Shown here one piece after another: positions 12,342-22,817 of a stretch of DNA of 39,001 bases. The notes below the pieces were generated by a model. It was given only the letters and a program-made list of their open reading frames with translations, searched no databases and was not told the origin of the DNA. Location of the stretch: assembly GCA_046861385.1 (NCBI GenBank), contig JBHHTW010000021.1, positions 1 through 39,001 on the forward strand. The letters run 5' to 3'. Origin of the DNA: Fidelibacterota bacterium. GTDB taxonomy: Bacteria; Fidelibacterota; Marinisomatia; Marinisomatales; TCS55. Position 1 is the stretch's first letter, and each line of letters begins with the position of its first letter. Both the position numbers and the translations under genes were made by a program.

Positions 12342-13556
12342 CTAAGTATTTACAGAAATATTCATACCGGCATTTTTTAATCGATCGATGATTTCCTTCC
12401 CGAATGCAACTGCAGGTGTTATCACTCCAAAATGTGGTGGAAGTACTTTTTTATCAAGCGCTAAACATAATGCGGATTCTGCCAGCATTTTAGCTGTGCT
12501 CCCATAACCGGGATCGTTTGAATCACTGATGGTTACAGCAATTCTTCGATTTTTTTCTTCGTCCTCACTGATTAACTTCATTTTGAAGTATCCATTTTCA
12601 CGCTCTTCCCGCGTGGGTCCTTCACCCGGTTTTGGCAAGAGTGTATTCATTAAAATAAATCGGGTCACGCCTATGGACATCAATTTAATAAACATACCTA
12701 AACCGAACGTCACCATTGATCCTAATATTTTACCTTTCATTCCCTTTCCGACAACCATTCCTTCGTCATACATAAAATTTCTGCCATATCGATAATCCAA
12801 TAAGTCATTTGTACGAAATACAACACGGGTATTAAATGCAGACATGACAAAAGGTGCCGTAAAGCTTTCTACCCTTGGATCGTACCATGTAAAATTTTGG
12901 ATTCGTTGATGCGGCATTCTCTCATTGACTTTTTCACACAGGACATAAGGATCCAACTGAATCCGGCGTATTTCCTTATCGGATTCTTTTAGTAGATTTA
13001 CCATACTTGCGATTGTTCCGCCGCTAAATTTCCCTTTCGTTCCCAGAACAAATAATTTCACATTTTGCATTGGTTCCTTATACAAGTGAATCGCCGTATC
13101 TTCCAACAACCAGCAACCTATATCAGATGGGATAGCGTCATAGCCGCATGAATGAACAATTTTAACCTTATTTTTTTTCGCTTTTTCATAAAATAGATCA
13201 ATACTGTTTTTTACAAATGGAATTTCTCCGGTCAAATCGCAATAATCAGTTTTCGTTTCCACGCAGGCACTAACCAAAGACTTTCCATAGATCATATAAG
13301 GACCAACGGTGGAGATAATCACACCTGTTTTAGAGGATATGGTTTTTAATGATTCCTCATTAAGGCTATCCCCAATCAGACATTCAACTGATTCATTTAA
13401 CCGAAGATTTTCTTTTACCGATTGAAGTTTTTCACGGTTACGACCGGCAATCGCCCATCGGATTTTATCTCCATAATGATTTTGAAGGTACTCAGCCACC
13501 AATTGACCGGTAAATCCAGTAGCCCCCCAAACGATAATCTGAAATTTCCTATCCAT
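12342..13556 (-). CDS. saccharopine dehydrogenase-like / trans-acting enoyl reductase family oxidoreductase
   Basis: GATGFTG, AIAGRN, TVGPY, YCDLTGE, CGYDAIPSD and DPGYGSTAKM motifs. Confidence 0.9.
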   Translation of the reverse strand: MDRKFQIIVWGATGFTGQLVAEYLQNHYGDKIRWAIAGRNREKLQSVKENLRLNESVECLIGDSLNEESLKTISSKTGVIISTVGPYMIYGKSLVSACVETKTDYCDLTGEIPFVKNSIDLFYEKAKKNKVKIVHSCGYDAIPSDIGCWLLEDTAIHLYKEPMQNVKLFVLGTKGKFSGGTIASMVNLLKESDKEIRRIQLDPYVLCEKVNERMPHQRIQNFTWYDPRVESFTAPFVMSAFNTRVVFRTNDLLDYRYGRNFMYDEGMVVGKGMKGKILGSMVTFGLGMFIKLMSIGVTRFILMNTLLPKPGEGPTREERENGYFKMKLISEDEEKNRRIAVTISDSNDPGYGSTAKMLAESALCLALDKKVLPPHFGVITPAVAFGKEIIDRLKNAGMNISVNT

Positions 13557-14271
13557 AAACCGGTAACTCCATTAATAAATCCGTCATCATTTTTTTATTC
13601 AGTCTTCCTGTATTTACATTCCTTGGACTTGGATGATAAGATCCTTTGAGAATAATTCCATTCGGCATCGTATATGAAACATTGTGACCAAATGTGTAGT
13701 CTTTCATCTTAAAATCATAAAATTGTCTAAAATATCTCAAACAACCGTCAAATCCAATTTTACCTAAGGCTAAAATTACATTCACATTCTTTAGTAAATC
13801 TAATTCTCGATTGAAGTACTTCGAACAATTCCGCAATTCTTCTGCTGTCGGTTTATCTTGCGGAGGTACACATTTCAGGACGGGAGTCATAAATGTATTA
13901 TATAATTCTAATCCATCATCAAGTGAGTCTGAATTGGGTTGATTGGCTAAACCGACTTCGTGGAGACACATGATGAGAAAATCTGCTGATTTATCACCAG
14001 TAAAAACCCTTGCTGTTCGATTCCCTCCGTGTGCAGCCGGAGCCAGACCCACCAAAAGTAATTGTGCTTTCGGGTCACCATAACCTGAAACGCCGCGCCC
14101 CCAATACGTCCAGTCCATAAATTGTTTTCTCTTCTCCCTGGCTATCCTGGAACGAAATTCAACAATTCTGGGGCAATCAATACATTCTATTACTTCCATG
14201 TATAGAGAGGATAGCAATCCTGTTTTCTGCAAAAGAGGATGGGACTCAACCGTTGGATGTTTGGAGTTCAT
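13549..14271 (-). CDS. uracil-DNA glycosylase family 5 (UdgB-like, Fe-S)
   Basis: CIDCPR, GLAPAAHGGNRT, FTGD, KCVPPQDKP and YHPSPRN motifs. Confidence 0.9.
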   Translation of the reverse strand: MNSKHPTVESHPLLQKTGLLSSLYMEVIECIDCPRIVEFRSRIAREKRKQFMDWTYWGRGVSGYGDPKAQLLLVGLAPAAHGGNRTARVFTGDKSADFLIMCLHEVGLANQPNSDSLDDGLELYNTFMTPVLKCVPPQDKPTAEELRNCSKYFNRELDLLKNVNVILALGKIGFDGCLRYFRQFYDFKMKDYTFGHNVSYTMPNGIILKGSYHPSPRNVNTGRLNKKMMTDLLMELPVYG

Positions 14272-14442
14272 TATGTGTTGATGAGCTTAATTATTTCTGC
14301 TTTCGAAGGCGATAAGTTTAACGTGAATAATATCCTGTCGGTAGTGCTTTGTTTCATGTGATAAGAAATTTAAATTCGCCCCCTCGTCTGAAGTGTTTCA
14401 GACGTTTTTTTACGATTACACGAAAATTAAAATAGGTTAATT

Positions 14443-16287
14443 ATGGCTTTAATGACATCAATGAGAGAACGGATGCACATTGTCCTTTGGGCGCTACTGA
14501 TTCTGTTCCTTTTAAGTATGACCATAGGCGGAATGGTTGGGGGTGCAAACATTATAGATAAAATATTTGGCAAGGTTAGCCCCTCAGAAGCAATCGGTAT
14601 TGTCGATGGGGAAATTATTTCACCGGATGATTTTATTCGTGCGGTCAACCTCCGTGCTGAACAATATAGAAATAATGGTCAAGAAACGGATGAGCGGTTG
14701 ATGTTTAATATCCGCAACGAAGTTTGGGACAATTATATTCAAGACATTCTCATATATAAAAAAATTGATGAACTGAATTTAAATGTCTCCGATGAGGAAG
14801 TTGTATATCATTTAAAGAATAATCCTCCGTCCTTTTTACTGCAGGATCCAACATTTCAAACAGATGGTGTATTTGACCCAGAAAAATATTCTCAGGCAGT
14901 TAACAATCCCGTCGGAAATGAATGGATTGAAATTGAAAATTTTATGAAAAATACTTTCATTCCCAATTACAAATTACAACAATATATTGCTTCAGGTGTG
15001 ATTGTGACCAACGAAGATGTAAAAGAAAAATATATTAAAGATAATGTTGAATATACTATCGAAGGTATCCATGTAGTCGCAAGAAAACAACAGGATGATT
15101 CTTTTACTCCAACTGAGGAAGAAATGGAGAAATATTTTATAAATCACCTGGATGATTTTTCTAAAGATGAAACACGAAATATTCGCTATGTCAAATGGTC
15201 CAAAGGACCAGCAGAGCGAGATAGCATTCGAGTTTTCGAGGAAGCCATGGGGTTGATCGAAAAAATCAACAGCGGTTATGATTTTAATAAATTAGCTGAT
15301 CAGTACACTGAGGATCCATCCAATCAAGTAACTCCGGATTCTGGTCGGGGTGGTTTACTGGGCTGGTTTGGAAAAGGTCAAATGGTTCCTCCATTTGAAG
15401 AAGCTGCCTTTTCTGCGAATAAAGGCGATATTGTCGGTCCAGTATTAACCCGTTTTGGATACCATATTATCAAAATAAATGATAAACGAACCAATAGTGA
15501 CAAAGAAGAAATTAGTGCATCTCATATTTTACTAAATATTACTATGGGCTCAGAAACGCGTGAAGTATTGCGCAGGCAAGCAACGCGATTTAGTTATGAT
15601 GCCCAAGATTATGGTTTTGATGCAGCACTGGATACCCATTCGGTTGTGGCACAAAAAGCAGAAAATTTATCTTCGATGAGTACGACTGTCCCCGGGATTG
15701 GCTTCATGCGCGAAGTGGTCCAATTTGCATTTAGCGACTTAACCAAGATTGGATCCATTTCAGATCGAATGGAAAATGATCATTTTTTCGTCATTGCCGT
15801 ATTAGACAGCATTTTACCAGAAAAAACGCAACCTTTTGATTTTGTAAAAAACAATATTAGTAGAATTATCTTATCTGAGAAACAAAAATTATCTGCAAAA
15901 GCAGTCGCAGAGGACGTGAGAAAAAAAATGGATAACGGAGTGTCAGTAGTGGATATTGTGTCTGAGGATAATAGATTGGAACTCGTCGCTTCGGACAAAA
16001 AAACCTTATCCCGAGGGTTTAATTCTATCGGTCGAAGCTACCCACTTGTTGGATCATTACTTGAAAGCCAAGTGGGTGAAACTATCGGGCCAGTCAAAAC
16101 TGCTCGAGGATATGCAGTCGTAACATTATTATCAGTCGCATCTTTTGATTCACTGGATTTCCAAAATAAGTCAGCAGATATATATACAAAATTAAACGAT
16201 GAAGCACAACAAAATGCGTTTGATAATTGGCTGAGTGAGCTAGAAGAAAATGTGGAAATAGTTGATAACAGAAAATATTATTATTAA
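14443..16287 (+). CDS. PpiD-like peptidylprolyl isomerase (SurA N-terminal + parvulin)
   Basis: N-terminal TM; GGLLGWFGKGQMVPPFEEAAF, GPVLTRFGYHII, ASHILL. Confidence 0.9.
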   Translation: MALMTSMRERMHIVLWALLILFLLSMTIGGMVGGANIIDKIFGKVSPSEAIGIVDGEIISPDDFIRAVNLRAEQYRNNGQETDERLMFNIRNEVWDNYIQDILIYKKIDELNLNVSDEEVVYHLKNNPPSFLLQDPTFQTDGVFDPEKYSQAVNNPVGNEWIEIENFMKNTFIPNYKLQQYIASGVIVTNEDVKEKYIKDNVEYTIEGIHVVARKQQDDSFTPTEEEMEKYFINHLDDFSKDETRNIRYVKWSKGPAERDSIRVFEEAMGLIEKINSGYDFNKLADQYTEDPSNQVTPDSGRGGLLGWFGKGQMVPPFEEAAFSANKGDIVGPVLTRFGYHIIKINDKRTNSDKEEISASHILLNITMGSETREVLRRQATRFSYDAQDYGFDAALDTHSVVAQKAENLSSMSTTVPGIGFMREVVQFAFSDLTKIGSISDRMENDHFFVIAVLDSILPEKTQPFDFVKNNISRIILSEKQKLSAKAVAEDVRKKMDNGVSVVDIVSEDNRLELVASDKKTLSRGFNSIGRSYPLVGSLLESQVGETIGPVKTARGYAVVTLLSVASFDSLDFQNKSADIYTKLNDEAQQNAFDNWLSELEENVEIVDNRKYYY

Positions 16288-16304
16288 AATAGGAATAATT
16301 GTTT

Positions 16305-16335
16305 AAAAAGGGGTGCCACACGCGCCCTTTTTTTT
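16305..16335 (+). terminator. intrinsic terminator
   Basis: aaaaag-gggtgc-cacac-gcgccc-tttttttt after the PpiD stop. Confidence 0.75.
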
Positions 16336-16405
16336 ATTGGTATTTAGAGTAAAACTGAGTGATATTCACTTTGGGTAAATACCGATTTATTTTACAGGAG
16401 AAATC

Positions 16406-17182
16406 ATGTCCTATCAGACTATATCAGTTCATTATACAGATCATATCGCAAATATAACGTTAAATCGTCCGGAAACACGAAATGCACTAAACGGACGTAT
16501 GATTCAAGAAATTGCGAGCGCATTTTCAACATTTCAAAATGATTCAAATGTTCGTTTAATTATTTTATCCGGTAATGGAATTTCCTTTTGTGCCGGCGCT
16601 GACTTGAAATTGATGAGACATCTCGACACAGCAGATAAAAAAGAAAATGTTGAATTCGGCACAAAATTAGAGGAAATGTATCATGTGATCGATTCCTGTC
16701 CGAAACCAGTGATCGGAAAGATCCACGGGCATGCCTATGGAGGCGGATTTGGACTTTGCACGGTATGTGATATTGTCATTTCAGATGAAAAAACCCTCTT
16801 TTCTCTTAGTGAAGTACTCATTGGTATCATTCCAGCCATCATTGGACCATATTCAGTAAAAAAAATAGGTTACTCGTATTTCCGGTCGTTAGGAATTTCA
16901 GGCGAACGATTTGATGGAAAATTTGCCGAACAAATTGGATTAGTCCATTATAGCGTAAAAAACAGTGAGTTGGATAGAACGACAGACTCAGTGGTGAAGC
17001 AACTATTAAAAGCCAGTCCCCAAGCCATATCACACTTCAAGAATTATTGTAATAATTTTGACGTTATCAATTCTGCAGAGTTACTCGCAGAATTGCGTGC
17101 ATCAGATGAAGGTCGAGAAGGTCTAACCGCTTTCATTGAAAAGCGCCCTCCGTCATGGGAAAATACGGGAAATAAAAAATAA
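16406..17182 (+). CDS. enoyl-CoA hydratase/isomerase (methylglutaconyl-CoA hydratase-like)
   Basis: LNRPETRNAL, FCAGADL, GGGFGL, SEVLIGIIPA, EGREGLTAFIEKRPPSW; AGGAG RBS. Confidence 0.88.
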   Translation: MSYQTISVHYTDHIANITLNRPETRNALNGRMIQEIASAFSTFQNDSNVRLIILSGNGISFCAGADLKLMRHLDTADKKENVEFGTKLEEMYHVIDSCPKPVIGKIHGHAYGGGFGLCTVCDIVISDEKTLFSLSEVLIGIIPAIIGPYSVKKIGYSYFRSLGISGERFDGKFAEQIGLVHYSVKNSELDRTTDSVVKQLLKASPQAISHFKNYCNNFDVINSAELLAELRASDEGREGLTAFIEKRPPSWENTGNKK

Positions 17183-17348
17183 ATCGACTCATTCAATATT
17201 CCGTGGATAAATAATTATTTTGTCCCTCTTTTCACTACTTTTTTATTTATCTGTGTTATTTCCTTAAGTTAATTTTTTTACCTACATTATATGAAAAACA
17301 ATCAGTTAATTCACTCAAACACACACCAATTAACGAAAGAGTTATAAG

Positions 17349-18764
17349 ATGATAAAGTTCAGCAAGCATCAGCTAAAAATACCACAAATGCAGCAACCCG
17401 TGTACCTCGTGACGGGAGGAATGTCCAAGTTTGCCCGCTCCTTTCCGGAAAAACGTACAGAGGAACTGGTCATTGATTCCTTCGTGGAAGCATCTGAATT
17501 CATCGATAAATCTCCTGCAGAACTCAAAAAATACATTCATTCATGTTATTATGGCCATTTCGCCGACCATTTCGGTGATCAGCTTTTAGGAGAAGCGGTC
17601 ATTCACGATCGTCTGGGTCTAGATCCATTAGGTAATGTGGGAATAAAAACAGGCGGAGCAACCGGCGGTTCAACTCTGTGGGAAGCATACAAAGCAGTCG
17701 CATCAGGGTATTCTGATTGTGTTCTAGCCATGGGCTGGGAACGGATGGATGAAGTACCTACCGATGAAGGGAACCATTACATTGCATCGGCGGCAGACAA
17801 AGATTGGGAAACACCATTAGGACATATATATACCGGTTACTATGCCGTCATGGCTCAAAAATACTGGCAGGTATTCGGCAAAGAAGAAGATTCGTTTCGC
17901 CGGACATTAGCTGAAATTGCTGTAAAAAATCGAGGATACGCCCGAATGAATCCTCACGCCCAGGGTCCCCTGAAGATCACAGTTGAGGATGTGTTAAATT
18001 CACCAGTTGTAGCTTATCCTTTACGAGCGCTTGACTGTTGTCTTATGAGTGTAGGAGCAGCCTGTGCAATTCTTTGTGATGAAAAAACAGCTTTTGAATT
18101 ATGCGACGATCCGCTTTTGATTTATGTCTCCGCCGGCAGTCATACATTGCGCGTCGCTGATCGTCGGGACATGGAAATACCTTTATTACCCAATGAATCG
18201 GCCGATCAATACAAAGATTTAGGAGAACGATTCCCCGGTGGAGATCGTTACCCTGGCTTCACCGGATTTTTAGCTGCTCGAATGGCTGCTTACTATGCTT
18301 ATGGAATGGCCGGTGTTGTTGATCCCACAGAAGATTTCGACCTTGTGGAATTGCACGATGCTTTTACTATTAGTGATATCCAAACGTATGAAGATATTGG
18401 AATACGTCCTTATGGAGAAGGAAGGTCATACGTGGAATCTGGAGATTGCTATCACACAAACCCCTTTACAAACCAGCCCGGAAAACTACCTGCAAATCTT
18501 TCAGGAGGTTTGATAGGCAATATGCATGCTGTTGGCGCAACAGGCATTATGCAAGCCATTGAAGTAGGTCAACACATTTGGGGTCGTTGGTCAGAAATGC
18601 ATAAGGATCAGTCAAAATGGGATCGTTTTGGCCGCACCAAACCAGATGACTGGACAAACCTGCAAGTGGAAAACGCTAACCGTGGATTGGCTATTAGTCA
18701 TGCCGGGGTTGGTTCCCATGTAACAGCAACCATTCTTGTTCACCCGGATCATCAATTGAAGTAG
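17349..18764 (+). CDS. SCP2/archaeal-type thiolase domain protein
   Basis: KTGGATGG, NPHAQ, ELHDAFT, SGGL and HAVGATG motifs. Confidence 0.85.
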   Translation: MIKFSKHQLKIPQMQQPVYLVTGGMSKFARSFPEKRTEELVIDSFVEASEFIDKSPAELKKYIHSCYYGHFADHFGDQLLGEAVIHDRLGLDPLGNVGIKTGGATGGSTLWEAYKAVASGYSDCVLAMGWERMDEVPTDEGNHYIASAADKDWETPLGHIYTGYYAVMAQKYWQVFGKEEDSFRRTLAEIAVKNRGYARMNPHAQGPLKITVEDVLNSPVVAYPLRALDCCLMSVGAACAILCDEKTAFELCDDPLLIYVSAGSHTLRVADRRDMEIPLLPNESADQYKDLGERFPGGDRYPGFTGFLAARMAAYYAYGMAGVVDPTEDFDLVELHDAFTISDIQTYEDIGIRPYGEGRSYVESGDCYHTNPFTNQPGKLPANLSGGLIGNMHAVGATGIMQAIEVGQHIWGRWSEMHKDQSKWDRFGRTKPDDWTNLQVENANRGLAISHAGVGSHVTATILVHPDHQLK

Positions 18765-18781
18765 CCGCTGATTAACACAGA
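18764..18781. repeat. left imperfect inverted repeat of the GxxExxY cassette
   Basis: GCCGCTGATTAACACAGA versus the reverse complement of 19233-19250, GCCGCAGATTTACACTGA (15/18 match). Confidence 0.7.
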
Positions 18782-18815
18782 TAGACATAGAAAAATATTT
18801 TTTCTGTCAACAATA

Positions 18816-19241
18816 ATGAAAAAAAATAAAACTGGTTTAAAACACAAAGAATTAACTGAAAAAATCATTAAGGCTTTCTATGAAGTCTATAACGAATTAG
18901 GTTTTGGATTCTTGGAATCTGTGTACCAAAAAGCCATGGCAATTGTATTCCGTGATTATGGATTAAAAGTTGAAGAAGAAAAACAGATTAAAGTTTACTT
19001 CCAAGGAAAGGTGATCGGAGATTATCGTGCTGATTTGTGGGTAAATAATATTATCATTCTCGAATTGAAAGCTGCTAAAACCCTTGTAAAAGAATATGAA
19101 GCACAATTGCTAAACTATCTTCGAGCTACAAATGTTGAAATTGGCTTATTATTAAATTGTGGACTAAAACCTCAATTCAAAAGAATGATATTTGATAACT
19201 CACGCAAAAAACAATTAATAAAATCCGTGGTTTCAGTGTAA
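18816..19241 (+). CDS. GxxExxY protein (PD-(D/E)xK nuclease-like)
   Basis: GFLESVY, ADLWV...ELKA, AQLLNYL and GLLLN motifs. Confidence 0.93.
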   Translation: MKKNKTGLKHKELTEKIIKAFYEVYNELGFGFLESVYQKAMAIVFRDYGLKVEEEKQIKVYFQGKVIGDYRADLWVNNIIILELKAAKTLVKEYEAQLLNYLRATNVEIGLLLNCGLKPQFKRMIFDNSRKKQLIKSVVSV

Positions 19242-19250
19242 ATCTGCGGC
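19233..19250. repeat. right imperfect inverted repeat of the GxxExxY cassette
   Basis: tcagtgtaaatctgcggc; contains the gene's stop codon. Confidence 0.7.
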
Positions 19251-19267
19251 AAAATATGGAGAAAATT

Positions 19268-19861
19268 ATGAAAATCGAAAATCGTGGAACTGTAAGAGTA
19301 GAAAACGGACGTTATCGTTTTAACGGAAAATTCCATTATGGATATCCAAATGATCCGATTCGGAATGAAGAGGGTGAACTGATGGGCGTCACCAATCCGC
19401 GGGATGTAACCCATGTTCATATGTATGGCGGTGAAGCGCCTTTCTTTGAAGGATTGGGAAAAGGAAAACTACTGGGGACACGCTGTGAAAATCCTGATTG
19501 TGAAGCGAATGGCTCAATCTTCATCCCTTTTCGCATCCATTGTCCAGACTGTTTGAGTAAAAACATAATTGTAGATATGACAGAAACAGCACAAAAAGGG
19601 GCTACCGTTCATACGTTCATGATTACTGAACGGACAGGTGCTTTTAATACCTTACCAAAACCCATACGCTTTGTGAATGTAGAGTTTGAAGGAGTTCCCA
19701 CAATACTAATGGGGAATCTGGTCATTGGAGAACCTAAAATTGGAATGAAAGTTATTCCCATTTTTAACACCAGCAATCCCACTTACACTATTCTGGACCT
19801 GTCGTGGGTACCGGAAGGAACGAATGAATCCGAATTACCAGAGGGATTTACGTTTGGATAA
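19268..19861 (+). CDS. DUF35-type Zn-ribbon/OB-fold protein (thiolase partner)
   Basis: FFEGL..GKLLGTRC...C...P.RIHCPDC followed by an OB-fold; GGAG precedes ATG 19268 (alternative start 19256). Confidence 0.85.
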   Translation: MKIENRGTVRVENGRYRFNGKFHYGYPNDPIRNEEGELMGVTNPRDVTHVHMYGGEAPFFEGLGKGKLLGTRCENPDCEANGSIFIPFRIHCPDCLSKNIIVDMTETAQKGATVHTFMITERTGAFNTLPKPIRFVNVEFEGVPTILMGNLVIGEPKIGMKVIPIFNTSNPTYTILDLSWVPEGTNESELPEGFTFG

Positions 19862-20171
19862 TGCGTCCAATCCGTGTTATTGGTGTACATCGGAAGTAGC
19901 TGCGTCCGCTTTGCGTTGCCCCCATTGCCGCATGTGGAGAATAGACATTTATAAAGGACGGGTTCTAACGTATACTTTTTTAATAATCTGGCTAATGCAT
20001 TCATTCACCGGATTATATTTCAATTGGTGGGGAGATCTTCAAGATCTCTGGGGTTTTACTCTTTCTGTGCTTATTTCTGTTAACGGATGGTTGAATTTGA
20101 TTCTCCTGGCAGCATTCTGGATATATTATATAAAAACCAGCAGAAAAATTGGTATGTTCTGGTGGGTTTAG
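19854..20171 (+). CDS. small membrane protein with N-terminal zinc ribbon
   Basis: CYWC...CPHC plus two TM helices; probable TTG start overlapping the upstream gene end (alternative ATG 19824). Confidence 0.6.
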   Translation: MDNASNPCYWCTSEVAASALRCPHCRMWRIDIYKGRVLTYTFLIIWLMHSFTGLYFNWWGDLQDLWGFTLSVLISVNGWLNLILLAAFWIYYIKTSRKIGMFWWV

Positions 20172-20285
20172 AAATGAGCCTCTATACTCTATAAAATAAT
20201 TGAATATACGCTATTATACTTTCGAATTGGATCGATCATGTCGATTCCTGCATTGATTTAGTCAAAGTAATCCAAGATTTGATAT

Positions 20286-21188
20286 ATGAATTCGCGCCAA
20301 AAACCTTTTATATTATACATTTTAATGATTCTTGCCATGGCTTTATGGGGTCTCTCATGGTCCAATGCGAAAGTCCTGGGTGATTATGCTCCTGCAACGG
20401 TTCTTGTGTTCTGGCGGTTTTTATTATCAAGCATTGCCATGGCTCCAGTCTTATTTCTTAATGGACAAAATCTGTCTATTTCTAAAAAAGGATTCAATTT
20501 CGCTGCAGGGGGAGCTATTTTTATTTCTTTATACAATTTTTTATTCTTCGTCGGAACCAATATTGGTTCAGCTGGGATTGGCGGTGTCATCGTTCCCGCT
20601 TTGAATCCGATTTTTACATTTGTTGGTTCCGTGATCATTTTTCGTCAAGTGTTATTACAAAAAGATATTTATGGACTTTTACTTGGACTAATTGGTGGAG
20701 GCATCGTTCTAAGGGTATGGGATTTCAGCTTTGATCAAATTACAAACAGCGGTAATACATATTTTGTGCTTGCTTCATTTTGCTGGGCAGGGATGACATT
20801 AATCTCCTCACGATCTCATGCATTTATCCAAACGTTAACGTTCAGTTTTTGGGTATATTTTTTGTCTGCTATATTTTATTTTCCATTTGTTATACAAAAT
20901 GATTGGATGGGTGTTTTCAATATGGATTGGATATTTTGGTTCCATATGATCTCAGTCTCAATTGGGGCAATGGTTTTTGGAACGACGGTCTATTTTATTG
21001 GAACAACAAGATTAGGTTCAGAAAAAGCCAGCGCTTTTATTTTTACAGTTCCGGTTACAGCCATTCTCTTTAGTATGTTAATATTAAAAGAATCACTAGA
21101 GGCATCAACAGCAATTGGAGGAATTTTTGCAATGTCAGCAGTCTATTTAATTAACAGGAGACATGCCCAAAGGGAACCTATAGACTAA
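20286..21188 (+). CDS. DMT/EamA family transporter
   Basis: About 10 TMs; LWG.S, FWRF and two EamA repeats. Confidence 0.88.
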   Translation: MNSRQKPFILYILMILAMALWGLSWSNAKVLGDYAPATVLVFWRFLLSSIAMAPVLFLNGQNLSISKKGFNFAAGGAIFISLYNFLFFVGTNIGSAGIGGVIVPALNPIFTFVGSVIIFRQVLLQKDIYGLLLGLIGGGIVLRVWDFSFDQITNSGNTYFVLASFCWAGMTLISSRSHAFIQTLTFSFWVYFLSAIFYFPFVIQNDWMGVFNMDWIFWFHMISVSIGAMVFGTTVYFIGTTRLGSEKASAFIFTVPVTAILFSMLILKESLEASTAIGGIFAMSAVYLINRRHAQREPID

Positions 21189-21317
21189 CTTGGATAATTC
21201 ATTATAAACAAAACGGGTTTGTGGTGCTGTAAAAAATGAGCATAAAGAAATCATGTTGTTTAATAATTATTTAAACGTAATTATGTAAAGGTTCATATTT
21301 TACGTTTTATATATTTA

Positions 21318-21359
21318 CCTACCCGCCCACCTTTATTCATTCCAATCGGGGCAGGCGGG
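21318..21359. repeat. REP-like GC-rich palindrome in a convergent intergenic region
   Basis: cctacccgccc...ggggcaggcggg; resembles the units at 11987-12024 and 25064-25094. Confidence 0.45.
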
Positions 21360-21462
21360 CGTTTTATGGACGATAATACTTAAAAATATTTTCTGTCCAG
21401 TACATAATTTTACAAATATGTGCCTCGTAGCGTCACTGGTGAATTGAGAAGCTAAATACATT

Positions 21463-21864
21463 TTATTTGAAGAACGGAGTAAGTGTATTGATAAATGATT
21501 TGGGCGGACGTTTTGGTTTTCCATCATGATTGGTAAATCCGTGAATTGTATATCCTTCCACCAATAATTCCGCATCTCTGGTAATCAAATAATCAATTTT
21601 CATTCGCGCTGCCGGCAGCGTGTGAATCGAAGTCTTCACGATGAGTTTGTCTTCAAAATGGGCACCTTTTTTGTAATCGCAATGGGCAGAAACAACCGGG
21701 AGATAATATCCTTCTTTTTCTATTTCAGTTACCATTACGCCAATGGATCTCAACATCTCAGTTCTTGCCGCTTCAAAATACTCTAAATAACGGGCGTAAT
21801 AAACAATACCCATTTGATCGACATCTTTATAATAGACAGTTAAATTGTAATCGAAAGAAATCAC
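21463..21864 (-). CDS. acyl-CoA thioesterase (YbgC/FadM family)
   Basis: DVDQMGIVYYARYLEYFEAAR; GTG start overlaps the accA TGA. Confidence 0.9.
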   Translation of the reverse strand: MISFDYNLTVYYKDVDQMGIVYYARYLEYFEAARTEMLRSIGVMVTEIEKEGYYLPVVSAHCDYKKGAHFEDKLIVKTSIHTLPAARMKIDYLITRDAELLVEGYTIHGFTNHDGKPKRPPKSFINTLTPFFK

Positions 21865-22817
21865 GATGGATCTTTAAAAACACCCATTTGATCGTATCTC
21901 TGAATTCGATTTTCAAGAAAACCATCCGGCTCGATTGTTTTCAAATCCTTTAAATGCTTCAATATAACATTTTTGAGAATATCGGCCATTTCATCAGGAT
22001 TCCGATGAGCGCCGCCCAACGGCTCTTTAATCACTTCATCACAAATCCCCAATTCAAGCAGATCGTTAGGAACTACTTTCATGGCATCAGCTGCTTTAGG
22101 CGCTAAGGATGCATCTCTCCACAAAATAGAGGCACATCCTTCGGGGCTGATGACGGAATACCATGTGTTTTCCAGCATAAGCATTCTGTCACAAACACCA
22201 ATTCCCAAGGCGCCGCCACTGGCACCCTCTCCGATTACGATTGCTAAAATAGGCACTTTCAGTCGTGACATTTCCAATAGGTTTTTGGCAATGGCTTCCC
22301 CTTGTCCCCTTTCTTCTGCTCCGATTCCCGGATAAGCGCCTGGTGTATCAATAAATGAAATCACAGGAATGTTGAATTTTTCAGCCATTTTCATCAAACG
22401 CAATGCTTTTCGATACCCCTCCGGTCGCATCATACCAAAATTTCGATAAATATTTTCATTGGTATTTCTACCCTTTTGCTGACCGATAAACATGACACTC
22501 TGTCCGTCAATTTTCCCCAAGCCCCCAATCATTGCAGAATCATCCGAAAAATATCTGTCTCCGTGAAGCTCGACGAAATTCGGAGCCATCGATTGAATAT
22601 AATCCATCGTGAAGGGTCTTTTCGGATGTCGAGCCAATTGGACTTTTTGCCAACGAGACATACCGGAATATATTCTTTCCATTTCTTTGTCTCGTTTCTT
22701 CTTCAGATTTAAAATTTGTGTCCTATTGGCATTTGGATTTTCACCCGTTTCCATTTCGAGAATTTGTTCATCGAGTCCTTTCAAGGGTCTTTCGAATTCT
22801 AAGTAATAGTCTGCCAT
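21861..22817 (-). CDS. accA: acetyl-CoA carboxylase carboxyltransferase alpha subunit
   Basis: YLEFERP, ARHPKRP, PEGYRKALR, DTPGAYPGIGAEERGQ and YSVISPEGCASILW motifs. Confidence 0.97.
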   Translation of the reverse strand: MADYYLEFERPLKGLDEQILEMETGENPNANRTQILNLKKKRDKEMERIYSGMSRWQKVQLARHPKRPFTMDYIQSMAPNFVELHGDRYFSDDSAMIGGLGKIDGQSVMFIGQQKGRNTNENIYRNFGMMRPEGYRKALRLMKMAEKFNIPVISFIDTPGAYPGIGAEERGQGEAIAKNLLEMSRLKVPILAIVIGEGASGGALGIGVCDRMLMLENTWYSVISPEGCASILWRDASLAPKAADAMKVVPNDLLELGICDEVIKEPLGGAHRNPDEMADILKNVILKHLKDLKTIEPDGFLENRIQRYDQMGVFKDPS

